In this document: positions 36,880 through 48,716 of the stretch, piece by piece
Layout: the number at the start of each line of letters is the position of its first letter
How positions within the stretch are numbered: the first letter of the stretch is position 1
DNA from: Tubulanus polymorphus
Taxonomy: Eukaryota > Animalia > Nemertea
Direction: 5' to 3'
Length of the DNA stretch: 64,000 nucleotides
Assembly (NCBI RefSeq): GCF_964204645.1
Contig: NC_134028.1
Location: 17,243,653-17,307,652, forward strand
The notes under the pieces: model-generated
Database searches by the model: none
The model's input: only the letters and a program-made list of their open reading frames with translations
Told to the model about the DNA's origin: nothing
Program-made: the position numbers and the translations under genes

Positions 36880-39800
36880 TTAAAATTTGATTAACACGTT
36901 AGAATTCTTTTCATTATCTCGTTCTCTTTTGTTTCTTCTCTTTTAAATTTTAAGTATTCATCTAAATTACAACCATAAGCAACTGTATGAATTCCATCAT
37001 CCAGAATATATCTTTTATCATCAAATGGGTTTAGACTTATCTTTTCAATTTCTTCAATTCAACCCAATTCAATTCAACAATTCAATTTCTTCAACTTCTT
37101 CATTGAATATACAATTGATGTAATCTTTGAAATGAATATTCTTTTCTACTACACTTTTGGTTATTCCTTTTAACTTTTTAGCTTCATGTTCTTTAGTTTT
37201 ATATGAATACATTTTAGATCTAATACCAATGAATTCAATCATTTCTTCACCACCTAATTCATCTTTGAATTTACCGGGAACTTTTTTATTATCATTGCTA
37301 AACAATTCATGATCTTTAGGATAGTTACTGAAATCAAAATGATGTTTTAATGTTTTTAAATCATCAGTTATGTTATCAGTTTTTATCTTTAATATGTAAG
37401 AATCGGTATCAAAATATAATATTTCTATATTTTTTTCTCCAAAAAGTGGTTGTAATACATTACAATAGAATTCATACATTAGTAATTTTGATAATTCTAA
37501 AACTGAAGCGCCAACATAGATTGGTTTACTAAATTTCATTGATGTTCTTCTCATTTTAACTGCGGCTAAATTTTCATCAAATATTCTGTTACCAATGAAC
37601 TTAGGATATGATTGTAAATGTCTAATTCTTTTACCATTACTAACTAACTCAATATCATTTCTATTTCTAATATTTTCACAAGTTTTTCCATAGAATGCAT
37701 TATTCATTAACTTGAAGAAATCTTTCTCGAAATCAGTTTTAGCTTCAGTTCTCTGTTTGGTGTTAAAATCTATATATTTTTCTAACCACTTAGATTGACT
37801 GAATAAAATATATCTATGTACTTTTTTTAGAACCATTCCTTGTTTTAGATAAAATTTTAACATTCTATAATGTACTACATAATTATATTTATCTTCTTGA
37901 GTTACCATTAACTTTTCTGTATGAATATGATTTTCGGGTTTAATTCTTTTTTGGTAATTTGATAATTCTTCATGAGTTACGGTTTTATGTTCGGGGCAGT
38001 AAGCTAGATTTCTAGATTTAAATTTTTTATCTTCAGGATATTCTAAATCTACAACAAAAAAGTAACCAGTATCTGAATCATCTCCAATATCTAGAATTCT
38101 TTTCTTCCAATCAAATTTATCATTATTTTCATTCTGTAAAACTTCAGTTAATTCAAATACTCCATAAGGTTGTGGTTCCATCATTGCCCAACCATACAAA
38201 TTATTTGCATCTATATATAATAACTTATATCCGGGGTTATCATTTACATTGAAATATCTATCCCCTAATACACCTGAAACTCCTCCTCTTATAGATTTTT
38301 CAAATAATAATAATTGATCTATATTTGTTAACAAATCCATTTTTATATCTGTAAATTTTAATCCACAATCCCATGTTAATCCTGGACTTGAATAACAATG
38401 ACAAGGATCAATATTAAAATATTTTAGGTTTACATCTCTAAACCTTTCGAATATATCGGTTAATAATATACATCTGATTTTAAATATAAATCTACTAATT
38501 GCCCATGATTTTCTATTTTGAAATGATTCCAAATATTCAATGTTCTATTATATACTTCATCTTTAACATATTCATTTTTTAATTCATCATAAAAATGTTC
38601 TTTTAATAATTCAGTTATGTTAAAATCATTATGATTTTTATAGAAAGAATATGGAATTGCTCCTTTATATCTCATTAATTGAAAATCATCATTATTTGGG
38701 TAATATTCTTTTAATATCTTTAATTCATCATCAACTATTGATTTTGATAAGAATCTAATGAACTATTTAAAAATCTATATGAATCTATAAATCTTAAACA
38801 CCCAAATTGGAATGATATATAATTCTCAGATGTTTTAGCTAACATTCTAAATTTATAAGTTGGTATTTTATCCTTTGATCTATTTGAATTTAATCTTTCT
38901 ATTTCATTATTAATTTCTTCTATTTTATGGCATAACTGTTTGATGAATAAATGCGCATCATATCCTGATAGATTATGAAATATAACTGGAACAAAATTGA
39001 TTTTCTTAGCTTGTAAGTTACAATTCTCACGCGCGGCGCCTCTAAACTTTCCATTCAAATGATCATGGTCTCTTACTTTTTTATCTTTATAATTAAATAT
39101 CTTTTCACAATAATAACATTTACCTGAAAACACAAATTCTTCTTTATCTTCTTCTGTCATTATAATTTCTATATTTGTATTCTATAATTTACTAAATCTT
39201 ATTTCATATTCAATTAATAAGTCACAAAAATGATTGATAAAATTTTCATTTCTATAATCAAAATATTCACTTTCAATTAGTTCTGGATAATCAGATTTAA
39301 TATATAACCCGAAAGCTGCAGCTGATTGATGAATCTTTTTAATAGTATTTGTTATTGGTGGTTCTTCTGAAAAATCATTTTCATTAGAATTTAATTTCTT
39401 TCTTTTATAATATATTTCTTTTCTATCTTGATCGGTTAATTCTTCATTTAATGATTCAAAATCTCCATATATAACAAATGGAACTTTATTTTTGTAATCA
39501 TATTTTTTGAATTCTGATATTTTATCTTTTTCATTTGGTAAAACTAATTTACAATAATCATGATTTTCACATAATTGTTTATGATTTAATAACGTACTTT
39601 CATTACTGAATCTATGTAAACATTTTCTACATAGATATATTTTATTATGGTGATGACTTTCTGTCTTAAAGAATAAATCTATTTGTTTAATCCACATATA
39701 ATGATTCTCATAATATAGTATATCTATAACATCATTTGAATCATAATCTTTTGATAGATATAAAGGTTCTAATGTATAATGTTTTATATTGTTACCTTTT

Positions 39801-40901
39801 GTATTTGGTAATTTGATTAAATCAAATACATTTATTCTTAAATTATTATTTCTTTCTATCTTTGGGATGTTTTTAATTATAACAGGATACTTATCTATCT
39901 TATAATTATTTTCAAATGGTTTATAATGAGTTAATCTACAAATATTATAAGTTGCAGGATGTAAACAACTAATTATTGCCCATAGAAAACATTTATCATC
40001 TTCATTTTGTACATTTATAACAGCATTAGTTTTAAATGGTAGTTTAATATAACTCGATGCTTCAATATCTGTTTCTTTATAATATGATACATTATTTTCA
40101 TCAATTGGTTTTGATTTAGTTAACTTATTATATTTTGTGTTATAAAAGTCATAAATATTATTTCATCAAATATTAAACCAGATCCTTCAAAATATTTCTC
40201 TTCTATTTTAGTTTTTACTTCATTATAACATTTATCTAATTTATCATCTATATGTTGTTTATATATAATATGTTGTGAATGAGAATTTATATTATATATT
40301 GGTTTATCTTCAGATTTTATGAATTTAACTTTAACTGATATACTAATTTTAGGATATTCAACATCAGTTATTATTTTTATTATTTCTTTCATATTTTCTA
40401 AATGTTTTTTATTTTCTTCTAATGTTTTTCCTTTATGAAATTTAAACTCGATAGCTGCTGGGCCAATATCACTTTTAAATGCTTCGGTTATCTCTATATC
40501 TTTTTTATTATCTAATGAATTGATATATATTCTTACATCTTCCATGTATGGTCTTTTATTGTTTAATCTCTTTTTTATGTTTTTAATTGACTTCTGTTTC
40601 TTATCATTATCTTTATCAAAATAATCTTCACCTAAAATATCATTATTCTTATTTCTAATATGACTTTTAGATTTTAAATGTTCATTATAATATCTTTTAT
40701 CACTGAATGGTTGATTACATGTATCACATTTATATATTTCTTTTTCATTCTTTAATTCATCTAATTTAGTTTCTAATATATCATCTTTATATTCTAGTTT
40801 CAATTTATTCTCTAAATGTGTTTTAGTTTTATTGTGTCTTGCTTTTTGGGATTTATCTATATTGATATTACATGTTGGACAGTAGTACTTATTGCTTCCA
40901 T
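36880..40901 (-). pseudogene. polB: Protein-primed family B DNA polymerase, several frameshifts
   Basis: Two N-terminal C2H2 fingers; DDKCFLWA...HYMWI (vOTU-like Cys/His); IYGDFES; CYYC..VRDHDHLNGKFRG (endonuclease VII-like); FHNLSGYD; YIDANNLYGWAM; KLMNNAFYGK; YFDTDS; KLKG; FDDKR. Confidence 0.95.
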
Positions 40902-40921
40902 TTTAATACTAAAATTTTTAT

Positions 40922-41306
40922 TAAAATTGATTTAAGAAGTTCAATGATTTATATCATGTATTATTTCAATCACACTTTACTAACACTTTTAATGTTTAAA
41001 AATCTAACTCATACAAATATAAATATTGAAATAATGTTGTAAATATATCTGTATATCTATTCTATAAGAGCTCACACTTTTATATTGAATAATCTGTCAA
41101 TTTAAATGTTATTCATTTACATGATTATTTTAAGAGTAATAGGGATAATAGGCTTTCAGGTTAAAGGTTGAAGGGGCGAGTGAGTAAAAAATGAAAATAA
41201 CAATAATTTACAGTTGAATTAGGAGTGTGCACGACTAATTCAACTGTAAATCATTGTTATTTTCATTTTTTTACGAGCTCGACCCTTCGACCTTTGATCT
41301 GAAAGC
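40922..41306 (-). repeat. Right TIR, last ~17 bp missing
   Basis: Reverse complement of ~27347-27730. Confidence 0.92.
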
Positions 41307-41309
41307 GAC

Positions 41310-41540
41310 TCCCTTAAGCCTCATTTCCTGCCCTGTCGCAGTGCTTAGTGATCCGTCGACAGGTTTCAGCTCGGCAAATCGTCCACTAGTTGACTCGCTT
41401 CCCACAGCGATGATTTGAGGACAGTGCATGCTGCCCCTGTGTCCAGTAAAATGACAGCATTTGATCTCCCATTGATCAACCCATTTACGTACAATCCAGT
41501 GTCATTCAACTGAATATGGCCAATGCTGCGGGTAGCTGGC
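41310..41540 (-). pseudogene. Retroviral-type aspartic protease
   Basis: GLYVNGLING...ILLDTGAACTVL...LSTATGQEMRLKG. Confidence 0.8.
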
Positions 41541-42170
41541 TTCAGTGGAACATCGGCCGCCACCCCTGGTGGGCTCTGAGGTTTCATGTTCGTAGTATCT
41601 TGCGGCGAAACATCCCCACTTGAAAGGTCTGATTGCGGTAGGTGTTTACGTGTAACGCGTTCACTAGCAACTCTTTCCTCACATATATCCTGGGCAGGGG
41701 GGGGGGTATATACACTATGGGGGGGGGGGTAGCTATCCCATCCCGTTGACAAAAACCATGAAAAAGTTCATCTTCCGGAGGGTTCGCGGTATCTAAGGAT
41801 ATAATTTGGGCCGTTGAGACAGGTGGTTTAAATCTCCTGTTGACGAAAACCATGAAAAAGTTCATCCTCAGAAAAACTTTCAACATTTCTGCCCAACCTA
41901 GTCGCATTCAAAACGTTTAATTTTCTGCTGGCTGGCGGAACGTACTTGTTACACATAGACTTGGGGCGTGTATCTATCTTCGTGAGCTCCCTCTGCCCCT
42001 CTGAGAACTCGGCATCCCGTTCCCGGCTGCCTCTGGGTACATGCTTTCGCATAATGGCCCCTACCATTACACTTATAGCATACTATTTAAGGGTAAGTAC
42101 TACCAGGGTGATCCGCATCCCTACAGCGCCAACAGCGGTCAGAGCCAAAACGGTCAGAAGAGCCGTAGGC

Positions 42171-42787
42171 CTAACGGTCAGAGGCATGTTGAGGTTGATG
42201 GGCCATAGCGCTCCTGAACACGTTTTCAATTTCGTCGAGCCGAGAAGTGATTAATCGCATTTGCTGCATTACCTCCGACAGTTCTGTAGAGGAATGTACT
42301 TGGTTACAGGGCACAGACACCTCGGCTACATAATTTTTCTTTGAAGTCTTATTTTCAGTCAACTTCCTTGCCGTTTCGAGTGACCGAGCTTGACAGACTG
42401 CTTCACTCAGCGTTGACGGCCTTGACACATACAACTGTTGACGCGCAACCGTTGATAAATTCACGCTCGTCATGAAATGGTCCTTGGCCAATTCATCCTG
42501 GACGTCATTTGACATGTGCGGGTACGCATTTCTGTCCAATTCCATGATCGCATCCGCAAAATGTTCAAACGTTTCGTCATTTCTCATTTCTCGACTGCGT
42601 AGAGACATTTTGAAATCCTCCACAGTCTTTGTTAGCTAGAATCGACTGCGGAGCTGAGCGCAAAAGTTGTCGTACGTCAATGAGGGTCTGAGGTCCAGGT
42701 TCGAAACAGCCTGGTAGGCCTCATGGTCCAACCTCATCAACAGGTGTTGCTTCCTGACCTCGCTGTCCTTTTTATGCCACACAAATC
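42171..42787 (-). pseudogene. gag: Gypsy gag (5' part at ~48076-48200)
   Basis: ETFEHFADAIMEL...AYP...ELAKDHF...RPSTLSEAV. Confidence 0.75.
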
Positions 42788-43138
42788 CAAGGGCGGATCC
42801 AGGGGTGGACCGGTCCACCCCCTTGAAAATTCAAGTGTGCCCCTATCAAAAAAGGTCCAAAAAATATTTTGCAGCAAAAACGTTAAAACAAATTTCTTAT
42901 TTGAAATTGAACCAATGAAAATATAAATGAGGTGTTTTTTGGGGAGTTTATCGGTACCCCCTCCCCCTGAAGAGAAAAAATATTTCAGCGCAATTCGGGA
43001 TTCGAACCCATGATGAAAAAATCCCGGTTACAGTGCGACGCCTTATGTCGTTCAAGGTCGTTTTACTGCAATCAACAACAACAATACCACATGTACGAGT
43101 ACATACAATACACATTTAATATCTAAAATTATACCATC

Positions 43139-46100
43139 ATGCCGCGGAAAGGACGATTAAAACGTGATCGAGAGATACTGTTAAAGTCTGAAGCAAAACG
43201 ATGCAAGAAATTGGAAAGTTTTTTGTAAGTAAAAGTTCTTAAATTCTTTGATTTGTTCCCCCGATATTTTTTTCTTCAGAGTCAATCCAATTCAATTCGT
43301 TTTTATTGAGTCTAATTGGCTGCATATAAAAGGGTACAGAGGACATCAAAATCTTCAAATAGTGGCCAAACGGTACATTTATCTGCAGCAATCGTGCGTG
43401 TTTTAGAAAAGTGAAAAAGGGCACTTTTGTTTTAAAAAGGGCAGATTTTGTCTGCCATGCACTGCGTCATGTAGATTTATTTGCCTAAAAGGTCACATTT
43501 ATTGGTTTGAACTTTGAGTGAGGGGCAATCGTGCGTGTTTTAGAAAAGTGAAAAGGGCACATTTGTTTTAAAAAAGGGCAAGTTTGGTCAGCCGGATCAT
43601 GTTGGTTAATTGGTTAAGGGCAAATTTTTAAATTCAGCCAGTGCATGTTGATTTATCATTGCTGTTTTGTGGACAATCGTGCCATTTTTCTATCTTTTGA
43701 AAAGATGCTAAATTTAGAATATTGTTTTGCAGCGTATCTCAGCCACAGCTACTCGAAACTGCAGCTGACAATACCGTTGTTGATAATTCGCTACATGAAA
43801 CTGCTGACAATACCGTTGTTGATAATTCGCTACTCGAAACTGCTGACAATACCGTTGCTGATAATTCGCTACTCGAAACTGCTGACAATACCGTTGCTGA
43901 TAATTCGCTACATGAAACTGCTGACAATACCGTTGCTGATAATTCGCTACTCGAAACTACTGACAATACCGTTGCTGATAATTCGCTACTCGAAACTGCT
44001 GACAATACCGTTGCTGATAATTCGCTACTCGAAACTGCTGACAATACCGTTGCTGATAATTCGCTACTGGAAACTGCTGACAATACCGTTGCTGATAATT
44101 CGCTACATGAAACTGCTGATTCTATTAATGCTGCTGAAGAAACTATTCTTGGTGATAATAATAATAATTCAGGTAAATATAAACTTGTTTTTATTACATT
44201 TTTAGTAATGTAGCACCAGCATGTCGGATAATCATTGTGTTTTGATGACTAATGTCATTGTGATTTAACTGATTTTCATCAAAGTATTGTAACCTATTTT
44301 TCAGAGCCTATACCGGTACCACATGTAGAAAAGTTAGATAATAGAAATTTTGATGTTGGAAGCATTTTAAAAGATAACATTGACGTCTCCAAGCTGAACA
44401 ATTTTGAGAAATGTAAATATTTAAAAGAACACTGGGTCCCGCCTGCAAGATTATCTGGATTTTACCTACCAGACTGTGAAGCGTAATGCGTCAACAGAGA
44501 AGAAGTTATACTTCTGTCGTAAATGGCTCGATGAATATCCATGGTTGGTTTGCAGTCCAGATGTTGGTGGCGGTCTATGTAAATACTGCCTTGTATTTAG
44601 AAAGTCTAACAATAACCTCGAAACAGGAGCCTTAGTCAGCAGCGCATTTACAAATTACAAAAAAGCTAGAGGTAAAGCAACAAAAAATAAAAAGGCATAC
44701 GGTACATTAGATGGCCACAATGATTCTTAGTTACATAAAGATGCAATGGCAGCCGGTCAAGATGCGTTGCGTACCATTAAATGTCCACGTCAACAGCTTG
44801 ATTACATCATGAATAAATAACAGCAGGCGATGTTTGAAAATAATCTTCATGTTCTAAAATGTATAGTCGAAGCAATTTTGTTTTGCGGAAAACAGTCGAT
44901 TGCTTTACGTGGCCATCAGGATGACCAGACTAATGATTCATCGAACAAGGGGAATTTTCTAGCTGTTTTAGATCTCCTTGCTATGCATGACCCTGTGTTG
45001 CGTACTCATTTAGAAAATGGTCACAAAAATTCCAGGTACACAAGTAAGACAATACAAAACGATATAATCAGCATAATCGGCCAGTATCTGCGCAATAAGC
45101 TTACGTATGAGATTAAAGCTGGCAAACCATCACCATTTTTCTCGATAATGGCAGATGAAGTAACTGATGGATACGCGAACCAGGAAATTCTGTCTTTATG
45201 TTTACGTTACTTAAATACGGATGATTCTGGTAACCCAAAGATTGTCGAATCCTTCTTTGACTTCTGTTATCTCGAACGTACAACGGGTGAGCAAATCGCA
45301 AAAGCCATTCTTGATTCATTGAAGGCTAATGGATTAGACGAAGCCAACCTTCGAGGTCAGTCATATGACGGAGCATCAGCCATGTCAGCGGAAGCGCAAG
45401 GTGTCCAGGGACGCGTAAAAAGAGTTTCGCCGAGGGCTCTTTTTGTTCATTGCAGTAGCCACCGTCTGAACTTAGCCATTGCTGCTGCATGTAAACTTCC
45501 TAGTGTTAGAAACATGATAGACTCTCTAAATGAAACATTCTTGTTTTTCAAAAATTCACCGAAACGGCAAGAATTTTTTGAGAGAGTGCTAAAAAAACTC
45601 GAAAGTGAGTCCAAAAGAAAGAAGCTGCTTGGTCTATGTAAAACTAGATGGGTCGAGCGGCATACTTGCTGCCAATCATTCATAGACATGTTTTCCGAGA
45701 CAGTGACATGTTTAGATGCAATGGTTACGCCAGCACTTCACCAAAACATTTACAGTGGCGAGGTATGGTCGTGGGATTCCGATACTAAAGTGAAAGCACA
45801 AGGTCTCCTTCCAACATTAAAATCGTTTCAGTTTATCATATGTTTGTTCTGCGTTAAGAACTGCCTGGAACCTGCAAAACCAATAGCATCCCTATTGCAG
45901 TTAAGTGACCTTGACTGTTACGAAGCAGTAAACCTGCTCGATAGTGTTATGAGTGAGTTGAAGCATAACCGGAATGAGGTAACCAGTAAATTCAAAGAAT
46001 GGTACGCGGAGGCCTCCCAATTGTGCATTGAAGTAGGTAGCACTGTCAAAATGCCTAGAATTGTTGGCAGACAGCAACATCGTAACAATACGCCAAGTAC

Positions 46101-46144
46101 ATCACCAGAGCAGTACTATAGAAATTCTGTGTGCATCCCATTCC
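43139..46144 (+). pseudogene. Spliced hAT transposase (exons 43139-43224, 43733-44172, 44305 onward), with stops and 3' truncation
   Basis: Phase-compatible GT-AG introns; WL..S....GLCKYC, IALRGH, GNFLAVL, YTSKTIQNDII, IMADEVTD, GQSYDGA, VHCSSHRLNL, TRW. Confidence 0.88.
43749..44120. repeat. 33-bp coding tandem repeat (LLETADNTVADNS), ~11 copies
   Basis: Directly visible. Confidence 0.95.
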
Positions 46145-46450
46145 ACAGGGACGGGTCACGACTGATAATGGATGAGACCAATGATGGGGGTACCAGTATC
46201 CCTGCAACTGTATAATAAAATAACAAGGGTGGCAACAAATTTTCAATCTAACAATGACTTCTCCACTTCAATCGACTGTAATTCCAAGAATTCTCAACCG
46301 ATTCACATGAAATAAGCTTTAATACAACCTAGAAGACTTTCTGCTTCGAACGAGCCTTCAACCACCACTCTCCGACAATTATCTCACAACGAAATCACCT
46401 TTTTTGACGAGAGAAAGCTCAAAATGGAGGTCTACCGATTCTATGGTGGA

Positions 46451-47126
46451 CAGCAAAATGGTCGTTTTTTTCACTTCAAACGATGATTTCTATGTGAGAT
46501 CTTAGAGAAAACCCCAACAAACCATACATTTTTTAAAACTACGCGGTCATACCTGTACGCTTATATCATTTATTTGTATAATCCACGCGATGGGTGAGCT
46601 CACAAGCTCAAAATCGAAAATGAGGACGAACACGGCGTTCAACTTGTCATCAACTGGGCGGCCATTAATCACGTGATATCGTAGTAACGGGCTAAATATT
46701 TCACGCGCATTGATTGGCTTAGAGATTTCGAAAAACATTACAAAATTTATTAAAAGTTCTGTTGATTAATAAAATATCCGTATTATGAAAATATAGTGCA
46801 ACATTCGTCTGAGGGGTGGTATTATTAGCAAATATTTCCTTTTTTCAAGTCTACAGACGTAGACTTGTCGCGGTTCTATTAACATAGCCCGAACCTATGC
46901 ACGTCACGTGATAATGGCCGCCAGCGCGATAGTGCGAGGTGACTTTTTCGTATATTTGTTCGATTTTGAGCTTGTGAGCTCACCCATCGCGTGGATTATA
47001 CAAATAAATGAGATAAGCGTACAGGTATGACCGCGTAGTTTAAAAAAATGTATGGTTTGTTGGGGTTTTCTCTTAGATCTCACATAGAAATCATCGTTTG
47101 AAGTGAAAAAAACGACCATTTTGCTG
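46451..47126. mobile_element. Foldback/MITE-like element with 168-bp inverted repeats
   Basis: 46451-46618 is nearly the reverse complement of 46959-47126. Confidence 0.85.
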
Positions 47127-48412
47127 ATTGATTAATTCAAATTGAAATGTTATTATAATGTATACTGGGGTAAGACATTGAATAACAATTTGGTTAAATC
47201 TGTGAAAATTATTGCAATGAAACTGATATCAGATTTAGAACTTTATATCAAATGGTGCAGTTTTTGTTAAATACCCTATATTATAAATATCATTTTTCTG
47301 TGCAATGGACATTTGTTGTGAATGAATATTAATGCAATGAATCTGACATAGACAATCAGTATAGTTAATCAAATGATGCAGTTTTTATTAATTAAATAGT
47401 TAATATTGTAAATATCATTTTTCTGTGCAATGGACATTTGTTGTGAATGAATGTTAATGCAATGAATCTGACACAGGGAATCAGTAGTTAATAATCAAAT
47501 GATGCAGTTTTGTTAAATACTCTATATTATAAATTACTCTATATTATAAAGTAACTTAGTTAGAAGTAGTATGTCATCTACATTATGGAGAAAGCTTACC
47601 GGTATTGAAAATTTTGGGTTGAGTTCTGATGCATTGAATGTTAAGGTTTCTGATAAATATTATTTTTTTGTTTAATATGCAAGTTGTTTTCTCAAATGAA
47701 TGAATAAATAGATAAATAAAAAATGTATATTTTAACATTGAATTATAGTATATATTTCTTTGAATAAGTTTGGTTTTTTATATTGGAAGAACACTAAATT
47801 TGGAAATAACTGGCAGATCTGTATTTTTCGACTGGAATTTATGCTGATTCCCTATCTCATGATTCACCACTAGAATGCCTTAAAATGGCCTTAGAGGACA
47901 CTCAAATTTCAAAATTTTCTGGGGGAGGACGCCCAGACCCCCCCCCCCCGTTACGGCTTAAACGCTAAGAGATGATACGCCTACGGCGTACCACGGGTCG
48001 GGGTGCCCTTACGGTAGAGAAATGCCCTTTCTATACCTGGTCCCCTCCCTTAAAAAAATCCTGGATCCGCCCTTGAAATCGGCATACGTGTCGAAACGTT
48101 CGAGCCAAATTCGAAAATTGTGACCGACACAGTATGGCTTAGGCGCCTGTATATTGCCTTTGTTAGCAGGGCTAGGGCTTGGACATGTTGAATTTGTATG
48201 GGCCGAAAGCCTTAAAAATTAAGCAAACTGGCGGAGGAAATCTGTATCATTGGCTGCACAGACTATTCCCTTCGGCGTGGGTTCACGTCAACTAGTTATT
48301 TCAGTCTCATAGGCTTCAAAAAAATCCCAATACGCTGCAACCACTGTAAAGAATCGGGGTCCTAACGCTGACTAGGTAGGTCAGGCCCTTCAGAAAGACT
48401 ACTACTGGCCTA

Positions 48413-48419
48413 TGATATA

Positions 48420-48515
<96 letters not shown>

Positions 48516-48617
48516 TGCATGCATGCGTACATACGTACATACGTACATACGTACATACGTACATACGTACATACGTACATACGTACATACGTACGTACGT
48601 ACGTACGTACGTACGTA
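48413..48617. repeat. Compound microsatellite (TA)n-(TGCA)n-(TACA/TACG)n
   Basis: Directly visible. Confidence 0.97.
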
Positions 48618-48621
48618 TTTT

Positions 48622-48716
48622 CCAAAATAAATTCTCGCACACTCGAATTTATTTCTATTTTTTATGAGCTCGACCTTTGAATTGAAACAACTATAATCTA
48701 ATTACTAGCGACTCTT
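48622..48716. mobile_element. Degenerate Maverick TIR end remnant
   Basis: aaaataaattctcgcacactcgaat matches the reverse complement of ~58761-58783; gagctcgacctttga...attact resembles the terminus. Confidence 0.5.

Larger units (their letters stand above)
27330..41306. mobile_element. Maverick/Polinton (adintovirus-like) endogenous viral element, decayed, with an internal deletion
   Basis: ~400-bp TIRs; integrase, ATPase, capsid genes and pPolB. Confidence 0.95.
42788..48075 (+). mobile_element. hAT DNA transposon (ZMYM1/THAP12-like transposase)
   Basis: 16-bp TIRs CAAGGGCGGATCCAGG / CCTGGATCCGCCCTTG; AAATC on both flanks. Confidence 0.9.
41307..48410 (-). mobile_element. Gypsy-like LTR retrotransposon 5' part (LTR end, PBS, gag, protease), interrupted by a hAT element
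   Basis: LTR end ...TTTACA followed by PBS-like TGGTTGCAGCG at 48333-48343; gag APKPY..FRIWLERF...LAKDHF..P.TLSEAV; protease LLDTGA. Confidence 0.8.

Noticed and set aside
41307-41320. Target-site duplication for the main Maverick
   Set aside because: The right terminus is deleted; left flank tacctt has no match here or after the 48716 remnant.
43645-44205. Hydrophobic LLTIPLLIIR-repeat ORF and the antisense Ser-rich ORF
   Set aside because: Alternative frames of the 33-bp repeat; splice phases favour the ETADNTV frame.
48316-48680. YI/RTYV-rich ORFs
   Set aside because: Microsatellite translations.
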